Assembly (NCBI RefSeq): GCF_963921235.1
Contig: NC_086106.1
Span: 21,824,001-21,888,000 of the forward strand
From: Mobula hypostoma
Lineage: Eukaryota
Direction of reading: 5' to 3'
Length of the DNA: 64,000 nucleotides
Shown: piece by piece, positions 26,661 to 39,658 of the stretch
How positions within the stretch are numbered: the first letter of the stretch is position 1
How the letters are laid out: each line of letters begins with the position of its first letter
Program-made: the position numbers and the translations under genes
The notes under the pieces: generated by a model
The model's input: only the letters and a program-made list of their open reading frames with translations
Told to the model about the DNA's origin: nothing
The model's database searches: none

Positions 26661-27150
26661 TATTTTTTCCAGCAAATTTTGAACTGTCCCCAAGAGCACT
26701 TAATGTTTTCCGAAACTTGAAAAAATAAGACCTTACAGGGTTTCGAGTTTTTTTTTAAACATGGACCCCTATACACAAGGTGTTTTAAGACAATTGATAA
26801 CTCCCTTATCAGAGACACGTTACAACGCAATTTCTCCAGATTCGGATCCAAAGTACTGGAACTACCTGCTCCCATTCTCTAGCGTCCCCTTTATTCACAA
26901 CTGTAGAATAGTGTCAGTTATTGCACTTTGCAGTGAAAATCGGGCCTGGGAGAAACGTATAACATATTTTGCAACCCGAGAGGAGCACGGTATTTTTGCA
27001 TTATACGGCGACGAGGTTCCCGTACATACACTAAAATGCAAATGTACTTCTGGATAAAAAAAAAACACTATAGGAGTCAAATAAATTATTATCCTGGCCT
27101 GAGTATAAATCTTACACTCAAATGGACACCAAGTTCTTGTTAGTAACAAT

Positions 27151-28668
27151 TGTTAAAATGCTCTTTCCAACAATTGAAATATGTGCAGAACACGGCAGTC
27201 GGAGAAATATGGTTTGAACAGCAGGTCAACAACGCACACCTGCACATCATTCAAATACCTCTCAACTTAGTCGCAGTCACTAACAAGCGCGTAACTATAT
27301 ATTTATCAATAAACGGGGAATAATGCATTCCTATACTGTGCGGATAAGTGAATATACTATTTTGTTATGTACGTCCAGAGCAGAGAGGGCATTGATAATT
27401 CTTTATTCATGAATATATAACTAAGACATATAAATTAAGGAAAATTGACCAATAGTTGAGAACAAAATGTCTACGGATCCTTTCTGAAAGGAAACTCAAG
27501 CTTATTCATTTAATTTTCTTCTCAGTAAATGTACTCGTCCGATTCATCGTAATAGTGGATCTCTGGAGGCAAAATATACCAAACTTAAGTAAGGATCTAG
27601 GGTAAAATTCAAGTATCAACTCAGGCAATATAAGATCAGCTTTGTGTGAGACTATACTGATTGAACACTATTCTTTTAACATGACTTTCGCGTAAGTGCT
27701 GGAGAGAGAATACATCTGGAAGCTTTTATATTTTATTGTCATTATTTCGTCATTCTCCTTGATTACACCTCAGTGCATTAAACTTCAGTAAAATACTTTA
27801 TAAGTTATACTTTAGTGCAAGTATATAAACATTAGATGAGAGATATACATATGCATGTTTAAGCTTGTATCAGCATTAGGGTTACCGAAATCCAATCATT
27901 CTCACTTTAAACTTTCATTAATACCACAGATAATCATGTCCCTTTACTCTTAATTAAAGCATACACATAACCAAAATTACCACATCTGTTGCACATCTAC
28001 AGACAAACCTGTGAGCGGACATGTTTGAAAATATGTGCACAAGGACAGCAGTTTGTTGCACATGTGCACGTACAGAGACACATCGGTTAATAAATATAGG
28101 AACATACATACCTATGAGAAAAATACCAATATTCACAGAAGTCTACACTTAAAAAATGCTTCAGCGCAATTCCCGACAGATAGGTTTCGGACTGAGTCTT
28201 ACAGCAGATACACAAACATTTGATAATATACACTATATACCACTAACTTATATTCAGCTAAAGCATTACCAAATCGCACTATTTTACAAATACTCTCCAG
28301 TATAAATTTTAAAACATAATGTTTCTTTTTTTCAACCTTATTTCGTTCTCTATTTCTGTGCAGCAAATTGTGTCAACGATTTCTCAGGTGTGAATTTTGA
28401 AAACTAATATTATCAAACGTAATAAACCAATCATCTCTTGCGCACAACAATATAATTTACTTGTTGAACATTTGTTAAAATGCTCTTCCCAACAATTGAA
28501 ATATGTGCACAACACGGCAGTCGGAGAAATATGGTTTCAACAGTAGGTCAATAACTGAAATACCTCTCAACTTAGTCGCAATCACTAACAAGCACGTAAC
28601 TAACTATGTATCTATAAACGAGGACTATTGTATTCCTAAACTGTGCGGAGAAGTGAATATACTATTTT
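27151..28668 (+). repeat. ~200-bp direct duplication in the Cmu4-TM1 intron (27151-27363 and 28473-28668)
   Basis: Shared TGTTAAAATGCTCTT.CCAACAATTGAAATATGTGCA.AACACGGCAGTCGGAGAAATATGGTTT ... AAGTGAATATACTATTTT. Confidence 0.9.
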
Positions 28669-28957
28669 CGCTCAGAAATAACCAGAGTTAACTCTTACAC
28701 ACAATGTTATACAAACAGGAATGTTCAAGAACAAGAACTTTATAAATTTAACAACTCATGCATTTTCACTGCAATTCAGACATCAACTTATAATTGCTTT
28801 CAGCAATTATTGCTAATGATTACATTGATACTGAAATTGCATGCGAAATTAATTATATAAATACAACTATATCGTGTTAAAAATAAGGAAAATAAGAAAT
28901 AAATGAGATCCTGTAGTGGGCAACAACGTGAATGTATGTCATTTCTGCTCTCGGTAG

Positions 28958-29085
28958 ATTTTACAGAAGACATCCGGATTGGAGACTATGGGGAAGACAC
29001 AGACAACTTATGGACAACTGCTTCCACATTCATCATCCTGTTCTTCCTCAGCCTTTTGTACAGAGCTGGCCTAACTTTAGTGAAG
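28958..29085 (+). CDS. IgM transmembrane exon TM1
   Basis: cggtAG|(D)FTEDIRIGDYGEDTDNLWTTASTFIILFFLSLLYRAGLTLVK|GTgag; phase 1 in, phase 0 out. Confidence 0.92.
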
Positions 29086-29223
29086 GTGAGAACATTTAGT
29101 TCATTTATCATTCTTTGCATTTGGAGATGATGACTAAATGTCGATGTCGTTAAAATCTTGCGGGGGCTAAAATCTCAGGCCATTACTGCATTTGTGTTTC
29201 CTCTATTTCTCTTGTTTTCACAG

Positions 29224-29234
29224 GAGTGAAGTGA
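29224..29234 (+). pseudogene. Probable TM2 exon (VK-stop) with 2 extra nt after the acceptor
   Basis: Pyrimidine tract ctctatttctcttgttttcacAG, then GA GTG AAG TGA. Confidence 0.5.
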
Positions 29235-29639
29235 TACGGTGAAAATAGGAAACAGTGATTTTTTCTTACTGAACTAATTACAGGTGAGTTAACTTGCAAG
29301 AATGAACCACTTTTTGAAGCTAGAATAGCCATGACTGAATTTTCTGTTTGAAAACTGGAATGTTCATCACTGCAAATTTCCAGTAATTTATTAAAGCTTT
29401 GTAATATGCACAGATTAGTGGTTTCTTTCCAGGAATGATGTCTCACATTAGTTTTTTTTTTAATTATTATCCAACGACTCTCTTCGTGCTTTGTGGCATC
29501 CTGCGCACTTGTGCAACAAAAACAAAGTAAATCATTTCTTGAGACAGCATCTTGGATTGTTCCATTCTTTTCGCCATAGAGGAACACCACTCAATAATCA
29601 CAATTTATTCTCAACATGTTATTTCAACTTTCGCAGACA

Positions 29640-30310
29640 TATAGATGAGTGCAATGGTAGTCAGGTCCTTGGGACTAACGCCGGCTGTGCAGCTAAGTGG
29701 CGATGCGAAAGGACGAAAGGAAAGAAGACTAACAGTATTAGACGATTCATTGGTTTTGGAAATAGATTCGATGAACGGTCGCGAAGCTCCTGAATGGTAT
29801 ATTGCTGTGAGTTCTCAACGTCAGGGATTTAGTCGATCGATGACACTGCATTCTTGAGGCGTGTGCGATCAGTCAGATAGCATGGCATGCCTTAGTAGAA
29901 ATGGCAGCATTTGAATAAAGAATGTTGATTTGAAATGAGAGTGCAGTTAAAGAGAAATAAAGTAAGCACAGGATCTCGTGGGTAGTAATTTCTTAATTGA
30001 AAATTTTGGCATGCCCCGTTAATGGTAAGGATATAATTACAACGCACGTAAATGCATTGCTGACGATATGGTTATGGGCTCAGGGTTTCCGATTTGTGGA
30101 TCAGAATGTATGACTAGAAATGTTGATGCTGTCGAAAGTAGTAAAGGGACATAACATAAACTGTTGTGCACAAATATCGAGAACCTGAAGAGAACCACCT
30201 GTACACTCTACCTAGCCTCATAAGGCATGCTCCCTAATCCAGGCAACATCCTTGTAAATCTCCTCTGCACCATTTCTATAGTTTCCACATCCTTCCTGTA
30301 AGGAGACAAC
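29640..30310. mobile_element. Decayed CR1 fragments (ORF1 esterase-like piece on +, RT 3' piece on -)
   Basis: ORF 29645-29857 (KGRKERRLTVLDDSLV) resembles the CR1 ORF1 SGNH motif; 30190-30310 matches other CR1 3' regions in the window. Confidence 0.5.
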
Positions 30311-30943
30311 CAGACTCTCAAAGACTTCCTTCTGTCCTCCGGGACAGGGAGGAGCAGATAAGCAGGCAGATGTTGGGAATTTGCCAAAATAACATGGTTG
30401 ATGACATTGGGACTTCAGTTTCCCTACTAATTATTTTGGGTCCTCAATGTCCCTAATAATTATTGACAGTTCCTGAGCACAAAAGCTATAGATGTGGCTG
30501 AAACAATGGGGTTTACCATTGGAGTCTGTGTCGTGGAAAACGTTAATTTTATTTCCCGTTTGCTGAGCTTGTTTTCGCAATAGAAGCTGCCATTGGAAGT
30601 GCATCATCATTTGTAAGTAAACTCGAGCTGTAATGCTTTGGAAATATAGACATTAGCGATACACTAATATTTCTGTAAAGATAACTTCGTTAAGTACAGA
30701 CACTTTTCCTTCTATAAACATATCAGTTACTTATATTCGAAAATATTTTACGCATTTATTCTACAAGCATGCTCGAATAAATCAACATATGACACAGTTT
30801 GTCTGAAATTAGCAAAGTTAAACAAATCACTGTTTTATACTTTACGCGACCATTAATAAAACAGGTGGAGTGACTCTCTACAAATATAGCTCTAATTTGC
30901 AAAATTGTTTTCCAAGGAGTGGTTTGATATCTTGAAGCGGCTG

Positions 30944-32300
30944 CAGTGGCTTGCAAAAGTTTGAGCACCCCTCGTCAAAATTTCTGTTTTTGCCAATAGC
31001 GAAGCGAGTTAAAAAAAAAGAACTGATTTCCAAAAGGCGGAAAGTTAAAGACAACACATTTCTTTCATATTTTAAGCAGGAATTTATTATTTTTTTTTAA
31101 TTTCCATCTTTTTCAGTTTCAAAATCACAAAAAAGAAAAAGGGAACGAGGCAAAATTTTTGGCACCTTGCATGGCAGTACTTAGTAACACCTCCTTGGGC
31201 AAGAATCACAGCTTGTAAACGCTTTTGGTAGCCACCCAGGAGTCTTTGAATTCTTGTTTGGGGGATTTTCGCCCATTCTTCCTTGCAAAAATGTTCTAGT
31301 TCTGTGAGATTTTTGGGCCGTCTTGCATGCACCGCTCTTCTGAACTCTATCCACAGATTCTCGATGATGTTCAAGTCAGGGGACTGTGAGAGCCATGGCA
31401 ACAAGTTTAGCTTCCGCCTCTTGAGGTATTCCATTGTGGATTTTCATGTGTGTCTGGGTTCACTATCCTGTTGTAGAAGCCCTCATCTTTTCATTTTTTG
31501 CGTTTTCACAGTGTGATGTTTGCTTCCAGAATTTGCTATATTTAATTGAATTTATTCTTCCCTCTATCTGTCATGGACCGGTCCGTGAAGTGTGCATTCC
31601 GGTTCACGGATCGGTTTGTGGACTCAGGACTCCAGCTCTGGTAGCTGTCCCTTGCATTTGGGTCCGTTCCCAAAGCCCCACTGTTACAGAACGAACCAGC
31701 CATTCATGGACACAGCAAGGCAGACACTGTCGTCATTCTGGGTTCCCTCCTGATTGAGTAACACTCCGCCCCCCCCCCCCCGCCCAACCAGCCCGAGCAT
31801 CCTTAGACCTGGAGAGCCTCTGTGGTCGCCTGGAGGCTCTCCGAGAAGGCGAGGGGGGAGGGCGGGGGGTGAGTGGAACTGTCATGGTCCCGTCCGTGAA
31901 GTCCGCATTCTGGTTCACTGTCCGGTCTGTAGACTCAGGACTCCGGGTCTTCCAGCTGTTCCTTGCATTTGGGTCCGTTTCCAACGCCGCACTGTGACAC
32001 TGCCAGCAATTCTTCGAGGTGCCACTGGTTGCAAAACAAGCCCAAAGAATGATCGATCCATCTCATGCTTAACAGTTGATGAGGGGTTATTTTCATGAAA
32101 TTCTGCACCATTTTTTCTCCAAACAGAGCTTTGATCATTGCGGCCAACAAGTTCTATTTTCACTTCATCAGTCCACAGGACGTGTTTGCAAAATGCAACA
32201 AGCTCGGTTAGATTGTCCTCTTCACCCTTTGAATGGAATTTCTTGGCTGCAATTTCGAAAATTGTCTTTGTTATTTCAATTTCCATCTACTTTATCCTTT
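30944..32300 (-). mobile_element. Tc1/mariner transposon fragment, interrupted by a mini-LTR element
   Basis: TIR-like CAGTGGCTTGCAAAAGT at 30944; ORF 31087-31434 (WLSQSPDLNIIENLW...GGVTKY); ORF 31915-32286 (VLWTDEVKIEL, TVKH). Confidence 0.88.
31569..31999 (+). mobile_element. 431-bp TRIM-like element: 120-bp LTR, 191-bp internal region, 120-bp LTR
   Basis: Direct repeats 31569-31688 (TGTCA...TGTTACA) and 31880-31999 (TGTCA...TGTGACA); purine-rich tract before the second repeat; no clean TSD. Confidence 0.8.
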
Positions 32301-32319
32301 CTGGGCTAGAATCATGAAA

Positions 32320-35300
32320 ACATAGAAACATAGAAAACCTACAGCACAATACAGGCCCTTCGTCCCACAAAGCCGTGCAGAACATGTCCTTACCTTAGAC
32401 CAACCTAGACCTACTCATAGCACTGTATTTAGGAGTCTATCTAGGAGTCTCTTTAAAAACTTTATCGTTTCCGCCTCCACCAATACCGCCGGCAGCACAT
32501 TCCGCGTAATCACCACTGTTTGCTTCACAAAACGTATCCCTGAACCTCCCCTGCACCCACTTCCAAGCTCCGTAAAACTATGCCCTCTCGTTTTACACAC
32601 TTTATCCCTGGGTAAAAGCCTCTGATCCACGCGATTAATGCATCTCATAATCTGTACACATCTATCGGGTCACCTGTCACCCTCCGTCGCTCCAAGGAGA
32701 AAAGACGGAGTTCACCCAACCTATTCTGATAAGGCATGCACCCCAATCCAGGCAACATCCTTGTAAACCTCCACTTCACCTTTTTTGTAGTCCCTCATTT
32801 TTCCTGCAATGAGGCGAACAGAACTAAGCACAGTACTCCAAGTGAGGTCTGTCTGTGGTCCTGTAGAACTGTAACATTATATCTCCGCTCTTAAAACAAT
32901 CACAGGGTTAATGAAGGACAATTCATCGTGTGCCTTTTAACCACAGAGTCAACTTGCGCAGCAGTTTTGAGCGTCCTATGTATCCGACCTCAAGATTCCT
33001 CTGATCCTCCACACTGCCAAGAGTCTGACGTGAGGGGTGGAGAAGATGGTGCCGCGACGCAGTGCGCGCGGTGGTCCGAATTGATATGGTATTTGTTAAG
33101 TAGTTTCCGTGCACATCCTGATCTGATGGAGACAGACGTATGGAGTCACGGACGAACATCTGAAGGAAATTCTGAAATGCCTGCTTCGCTGCCGCTACTA
33201 CTGTGCGATCGAGAATCTCTGGAAGGGAAGGTCTCAAATCCTCGGCTTTGCCTATTACCTGTTGCCGCGGCCCGGGTCGAAGCGCTCGGCAGAGATGGTG
33301 CTCGCTGCTCGGTGTCGGAGGGCCTGTCGGAGGCTCGAAGTTTTCGGACGGACTTAGATTTGGACTGTGGCTGGCTGCTTCCAGGATGCTGCATCAGCAA
33401 GTTTACGGCGGTAGAGCTCATGGCAGGGGGAGTTTTCCCTTCAACCGTCTGCGTAAGATGATGCGACTTCCGAGAGTCTATGAGACTTTATTTTTACCGT
33501 GTCCATGGTCTGTTCTTCATCAAATTACGTTATTTGTTTTGCACCGTTGTAACTATGTGTTATAATTATGTGGTTTCGGACAGTTGTTTTTGTTTTTTTT
33601 TGTCTTGGTTAGTCTCGTGCTTCTGTGATATCGTTCTGGAGGAACGTATTGTATCGTTTCTTCATGCATGCATTACTAAATGACAATAAAGGGGGAATGC
33701 TTGCCTTTATAACCTAATCTAATTAACGCTATATTCTGCCATCATGTATGACCAACGAAAATTAATCACCTCACATATCTCTGGGTTAGGCTCCATCTTC
33801 CACTTCACAGCCCAGTTTTGCATCCTATCAAGGTCCCGCTTTAACTATCATAACCCTCCGCACGCTCCACAACACACCAACCTTTCTGTCATTACCCCAT
33901 TTACTAACCCATCCCTCCACCATCTTATTGAGGTTACTTATATAAATCATGAAGAGTAGTGGTCCCAGAATAGGTACCTGAGGAACACCACTGCTTACCT
34001 ACCTCCATGCAAAATATGACCTATATACAACCAATCTTAGTCTCATGTGGCAAGCCAGTTCTGTATCCACAGAACAATGTTCCCTTGGATCCCATGCCTC
34101 CTTACTTTCTCAATAAGCTTTGCATGGGGTAGCTTATATAATGGCTTGCTGAAATCTGTATATACTACGTCTGCGGCTCTACCTTCATCAATGTGTTTAC
34201 TTACATCCTCAGAATTTCAATATGGCTCGAAAGGAACAACCTCCCTTTGAGAAAGTCATGTTGTCTCTTCCTAATCATATCATCCCTCTATAAATGTTCA
34301 TAAATTCTGGCACTCAGGATAATCTCCATTAAAATTACTAACCACTGAAGTAAAATTCACTGGTCTATAACATCCTGGGCTATCTTGACATGCTTTTTCG
34401 ATAAAGGGAACAACATGCTCTATCATCCAAAGCTCCGGAACCTCTTCTGTCCTCATTGATGAAACAAAGATCATTGCCAGAGTCTCAGCAATCTCCCACC
34501 TCGTTTCCCATAGTAGACTGGGTTATATCCGGTCCGGTCGCTGTGACAGCCAATCTCATGGTTTCCAAAAGCTTTAGCACATCCTCTTCCTTAATATACA
34601 CCATCAATCTTTTTATGCCACTGCAAGTCATCTCTACAATCAAGATCCTTTTCCATATTGAATACTGAAGCAAAACATTTATCAAGTATGTCTGCTATCT
34701 CCTCCAGTTCATACACACTTTTACACTTACACAGTTGATTTGTCCTATTCTCTTACTTCTTATCCTCTTGCCCTTCACATGATTGTAGAATGTCTCGAGG
34801 TTTTCCTTAATCCTGTCCGCAAAGGCATTCTCATGGCCCCTTCCTGCTCTTCTAGTTGCATTCTTAAGCTCCTTTCTGCTAGCCTTATTATCTTCTAGAT
34901 CCTTCTGATGACCCAATTTTTTTAACCTTTCCTAAGCTCTCCTTTTATTATTGACTAGATTTACAAAGTCTTTGTACACTACAGATTCTGTATCCTGCCA
35001 TCCTATCCCTGTTTTAATGGAACGTACCAATGCAGAAGCCCACGTAAATATCCCCTGAATAGTTGCCATATTATTTCCTGAAGCTTCCCTGAGAACACCT
35101 GTTTCTAATTTAGGCTTCCAAGTCCCTTCCTGATAACCTATTATTTCTCCTTGCTGCATTTAAACGTTTTCGTAACTTGTCTGTTCTTATCTCTCTCCAA
35201 TGCTATGGTTAAGGACATGGAATTATGATCACTATATCCAAGATGTTCTCCCACTGAGAGACTTGACACATAACCAGGCTCATTTGCCAAAACCAGATCA

Positions 35301-37050
35301 GGTACAGCCTTTCCCCTTGTAGCCTTATATAAAATTTCTCCCTGAAACATTGTTGATTGTACCTAACAAATTCCACCCCATCTAAACACCGTACTCATTG
35401 ATAATTCCAATTAATATCTGGAAACTTAAAATTTTCCACCACAACATCCCTATTACTACTGCATCTTCGCAGAATCTGTCTCCCTCTCTGCTCCTCGATG
35501 TCACTGTTCTTATTGGGTGGTCTGAAAAAACACCCAGTAGAGTTTTTGATCCCTTCCTCCCCCTTCTCCCAAAGAGACTCCGTAGACAAACCCTCCATGA
35601 CTTACTTCTTTTCTGCAACAGTGACACGATCCCTGTTCAACAGTACTACGACCCCAACTTTTTTTCCTCCGTCCCTGTTCTTTCTGTAATATCTACATAC
35701 TGGCTGTTCAACTAGCCAGTCCTGTCCTTGCAACATCCAAGTCTCTGTAACGGCCACAGTATCATAGCTCAAGTGCTGTTTCACGCTCTAAACTGATCCG
35801 CTTTTTTCATAATACTCATTGAATTAAATTAGAAACATCTCAAACCACTGGTCTGAACGGTGCCCCTTCTCTATCACCCGCCTTTTCGCACTGTCTCCAA
35901 GGTTACTCCATTTCTGAGTCAAACCCCCTTTCCTCCCTCACTTCAGTTTCGTTCCCACCCCTCCTCCCCCAGAAACTGTAATTTGAACTCTTCTCAATCG
36001 CCTCAGCAAACCTCCCCGCCAGGATATTGGTCCCCTGGGATTCAAGTGCAACCTTATTATTATTATTATTATTTGTAGAGGTCACGTCTGCCCCAAAAGA
36101 GATCCTAATGATCCAGAAATATGAACTCCTGCCCCCGCTCCAATCCCTTAGCGCCGCATTTATCCTCCACCTCACTCTATTCCTGTGCTCATTGTCACAT
36201 AGCACGGTGAGTAATCCTGAGTTTACTGCTACCTTTGAGGTCCCTCCTTCCTGCAGTCTGTTTCCAGGACCTCATCCATTTTGCTACTTAAGTTGTTCGT
36301 ACCACTATGTACCACGACCTCTGAATGTTCTCCTTCCCACTTCAAGACATCATGGACATGATCAGAAACAGCCCGGACCCCGGCGCCATTTTCTTTCCTG
36401 CCTCCATGGAATTGCCTGTCTGACCCCTTAACCATAGTGTGCCCTGTCATTGCTGGCATCCTCTTCTTTTCCCTACCATTCAGAGCTCCAGGGCCAACTC
36501 TGTGCTAAAGGCGGTACCACTGTTGCTTCCACCAGGTAGGCCGACACCACCACCCTACTAACAATACTCAAGCAGGAAACGTATTTACAAGCTGTACAGC
36601 CACAGTGGTGACTAGCCTCTGACTCCTGTCCTTTTACCTCCTGACTGTTACCCACGTATCTGTGTGCCCAGGTCCGGGAGTAACTCCCTACCTATAGCTC
36701 CTCTCTATCAACTCCTCACTTTCAGTGACCAGACGATGTTCATCGATCTGCATCTCCAGTTCCCTAGCGTGGTCCCTAAGGAGATGCAGCTCGACGCCTC
36801 TGGTGCAGATATGGCAGTTTGGAAGGCTGGGTGTCTCCAAGACTTCCCATGTCTGACACAGAGCAAAGAAAACCGGCTTCACAGACATACGTACTGTCTG
36901 CATTCGACACAGATAAGCTACATCGAGCCCACCCTTTATCGTCGAAGCCCCGTTGAACCAAAGCCTTCCTACCCGGTCTCCCTCTACTCCGTCGTTCGCT
37001 CTTCCGACGCCCGATGTTAAATCTGTCTTCTTTTTAAACTCTTATCACAG
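32320..37050 (-). mobile_element. Near full-length decayed CR1 LINE (ORF1 zinc finger and esterase, ORF2 remnants, tail)
   Basis: CATAGAAAC tail at ~32320; ORF 36688-36903 (CQTWEV...CHICTRG); ORF 36229-36459 (VVVHSGTNN); endonuclease remnants 35141-35784. Confidence 0.8.
33030..33721 (+). mobile_element. Unclassified ~690-bp retroposed element inserted into CR1
   Basis: CR1 sequence stops at ~33025 and resumes at ~33722; CpG-rich 5' end (AAGATGGTGCCGCGACG), AATAAA, short TAATC-like tail. Confidence 0.6.
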
Positions 37051-38758
37051 TTCTCAGTGGATGACTTCCACGCGCTTGTGAGGTCAGAAACCGTTCAAAC
37101 TGCAGAAAAACAAAAGCAATTGGAGATTGTTTGTGTTCTAGAATTGTTTTCGTTTTGTTTTAATTTAGAAATATTTGATAATATTTCGGGATTCAAGATA
37201 TTCAAAGGTTCAAACGTTCAAAGCTTCTCAGGTCAAATTTATTGTAAGGAAAATGTACACAATATACATCCTGAAATGCTTTTTCTTAATAATATCCAAG
37301 AAAACAGTGAACAGCCCCAAGGATGACCGAGTGTTAAACGTGAGAACCCCAAAGTCCCCCAGCTTCCCCTTCCCGCGCGTAAGCGGCAGCGACCAACAAT
37401 CCTCCCCTCACCCCACACAAAAAAAAACACACGCATCGGCACTATGACCGAACCAAAGGGTGTGCTAAGCAATACCAAAGACGCAGACCAAAGTTATCAC
37501 AAAGTGTTTGCATTTCATCCCAAATTCGACAATCCACAGTTTATGACTCTCCCTGGAAAGCGAAAGGGAGTTTTCTTCTAGGTTCACAGCGAGCGGGAGA
37601 TATAATAGCAACCAGCCGGTTTCGTTTTTAAAAGGCCATATCGTCGCTTTTTCCGAGATCTATGTCCGAAGATCACAAAGACCTCGGGTCCTCCTGCCCA
37701 CAGCTGGAAATTTTCCGGCCTCCCCGACGACACACGAGTCTTCAACTGCCGTGACACACACCCTCGAACCGCCGTCTCCGGAGCCCCAAGATCCTACCCA
37801 TAAGACATTAAGATTAATGAGTAGAAGTAGGCCATTTGGCCCATCGAGTCTGTTCCGCCATTCAATTATGGGCTGATCTACCTCATCCCGTGATCCCCAC
37901 TCCCCTGCTTTCACCCCATACCCGCTGATGCCCAGGTAATCAAGAACCGATCTATTTCTGCCTTAAACACACATAATGACTGTACATCCACAGCCACTCG
38001 TGGCAACAAATTCCATAGATTTACCACCCTCTGACTACAGTCATCTCAGGCTTCGGAACACGATCGAGATTCTCAGGCCAACCCCTCAGCATGTCCAAAA
38101 CAGGGCAGTGCTGGAGCCCAGAGTACGAGTCCCATTCCCGCAAAAGAACCGAAGCCTGCGGACAACTCCACGTCAGCGTCTTCCAAAGATCCCTGAAAGG
38201 GTAAAACAAAGATATTGAAGATAGAAGTAGAGCTGTGATATTATATAAATCCTCTGGAAGTGTCCAAAGTAGTTTCACATGCTCCTTGGATTGAAGCGTC
38301 CATCACTAAAAAAAAAAATGTGTTTTCACTAACCTTGTTAGACCGAATTATCTCCTGCATGGTAAAGAGAGGACGCATTGATCCAATAGCGGGTAGAATC
38401 ATCGAAACTCATCGTGGACGGAAAAAAAAGAAAGTAAACTAGCCTTGAGGATTAAGAAGATACGTAATTATCTTCAGCCTATCGAATTAACAAGTGGTTA
38501 CTTAAATTCGTTAGGGGTTAAAATCTTCGATTGCCTTTAGCACTTTTAGGTCAGCATTCCCAATACTATCAGTCAGCAGTGGTCCAAAATAGAAAGGTTT
38601 CGGGGGGACTTCCGGTAGCGCTCATGGAGTGAAGTCGCGTTCTTGGCTTGCTCCATTACCTCTGAGTTTTTTTCTCTATGGTCAGCTATACTTTAATTAA
38701 CCATTAAGGCATCAACTCTTACAATACTTTGAATTAAACTGAATTCTCCGACAACTGG

Positions 38759-39658
38759 ATGGAACTTAGATCTGCTATGTCTGAGAACGGGAAAAACGGC
38801 AAGGATGGTAAACCTCCGGTTAAACCGAAAAGTATGGATTTCCCCCCGACTGAATCACTGGTGACTTTGAAAGCGATATCGGAGTTAATTCAGAGGGAAA
38901 TTTCAACCTCTGTTAGGGAGATGATTCGTACGGAAATTGCAGGCTCTGTTATGGACCTGATTCATACGGAAATCTCAATTAATCTCCAGAAAATTGCCGA
39001 TTCAATTGACAAGATGCAAACATCTATTGCGGAACATCAGTCGGCTATATCTGATCTTCAAAAATCAGCGCAACAAAGTGAGCTTAAGATGGGGAAAATC
39101 GAACAAACAATTAATGTAATGAAGAAGAAACTTGACTTTCTGACTTTTAAAAACTCTGACTTGGAATCTAGAATGCGACGGCAGAATTTACGAATGATCG
39201 GGGTGCGTGAAGCTGTGGAATCTACCAACCCCATGAAGTGTTTTTCTCAACTTTTAAAAGATGCATTCCCTACTGTATTTCCTGACCAACCACCGCTACT
39301 GGATTGTGTTCACAGAATCCCATCATACTCGTCTAGGTCAGATAGACCTAGGCATGTTATCTTACGTTTTCATTACTTTCAAGACAAGGAGAGACTGTTT
39401 CGATTCGCTCGATCTAAAGGTTTCATTGATTTTTCGGATCTTAAGTTCCGATTCGTAGAAGATTTCAGTAAACCAATCTGGGACCAACGGGTTCGCTACA
39501 GATCTGTGATGTCGGAATTCTATAAGATGGATTTAAGACCAGCGCTGCTGTACCCTGCACGTCTAAGGATTCGCATGTCAGATGGAGCCTTTCGTTTTTT
39601 TGATTCTCCATCGGATGCCCAGAATTATCTGGATCAATTTTCACCTTCAACATCTTAA
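38759..39658 (+). CDS. L1 ORF1p (coiled coil, RRM, CTD), intact, 299 aa
   Basis: LESRMRRQNLRMIGV, RHVILRF, FVEDFS, PALLYPARL motifs. Confidence 0.92.
   Translation: MELRSAMSENGKNGKDGKPPVKPKSMDFPPTESLVTLKAISELIQREISTSVREMIRTEIAGSVMDLIHTEISINLQKIADSIDKMQTSIAEHQSAISDLQKSAQQSELKMGKIEQTINVMKKKLDFLTFKNSDLESRMRRQNLRMIGVREAVESTNPMKCFSQLLKDAFPTVFPDQPPLLDCVHRIPSYSSRSDRPRHVILRFHYFQDKERLFRFARSKGFIDFSDLKFRFVEDFSKPIWDQRVRYRSVMSEFYKMDLRPALLYPARLRIRMSDGAFRFFDSPSDAQNYLDQFSPSTS

Larger units (their letters stand above)
21298..29234 (+). pseudogene. IGHM: Cartilaginous-fish IgM heavy-chain cluster pseudogene (V remnant, CH1-4, secretory tail, TM)
   Basis: Four C1-set exons with phase-1 AG/GT boundaries in mu order, plus GKPSFVNVS tailpiece and CART-type TM exon. 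CH3 ([14 protein letters not shown]...ISTQAWLSG) closely matches recalled shark Cmu3. Stops and frameshifts in CH1, CH2 and tailpiece. Confidence 0.88.

Noticed and set aside
25063-29085. Assignment to IgW or IgNAR
   Set aside because: Four CH exons, a tailpiece contiguous with CH4 and CH3/CH4 motifs match cartilaginous-fish IgM
32928-33565. Overlapping 120-177 aa ORFs
   Set aside because: They lie in a GC-rich repeat inserted in CR1 and show no recognisable domain
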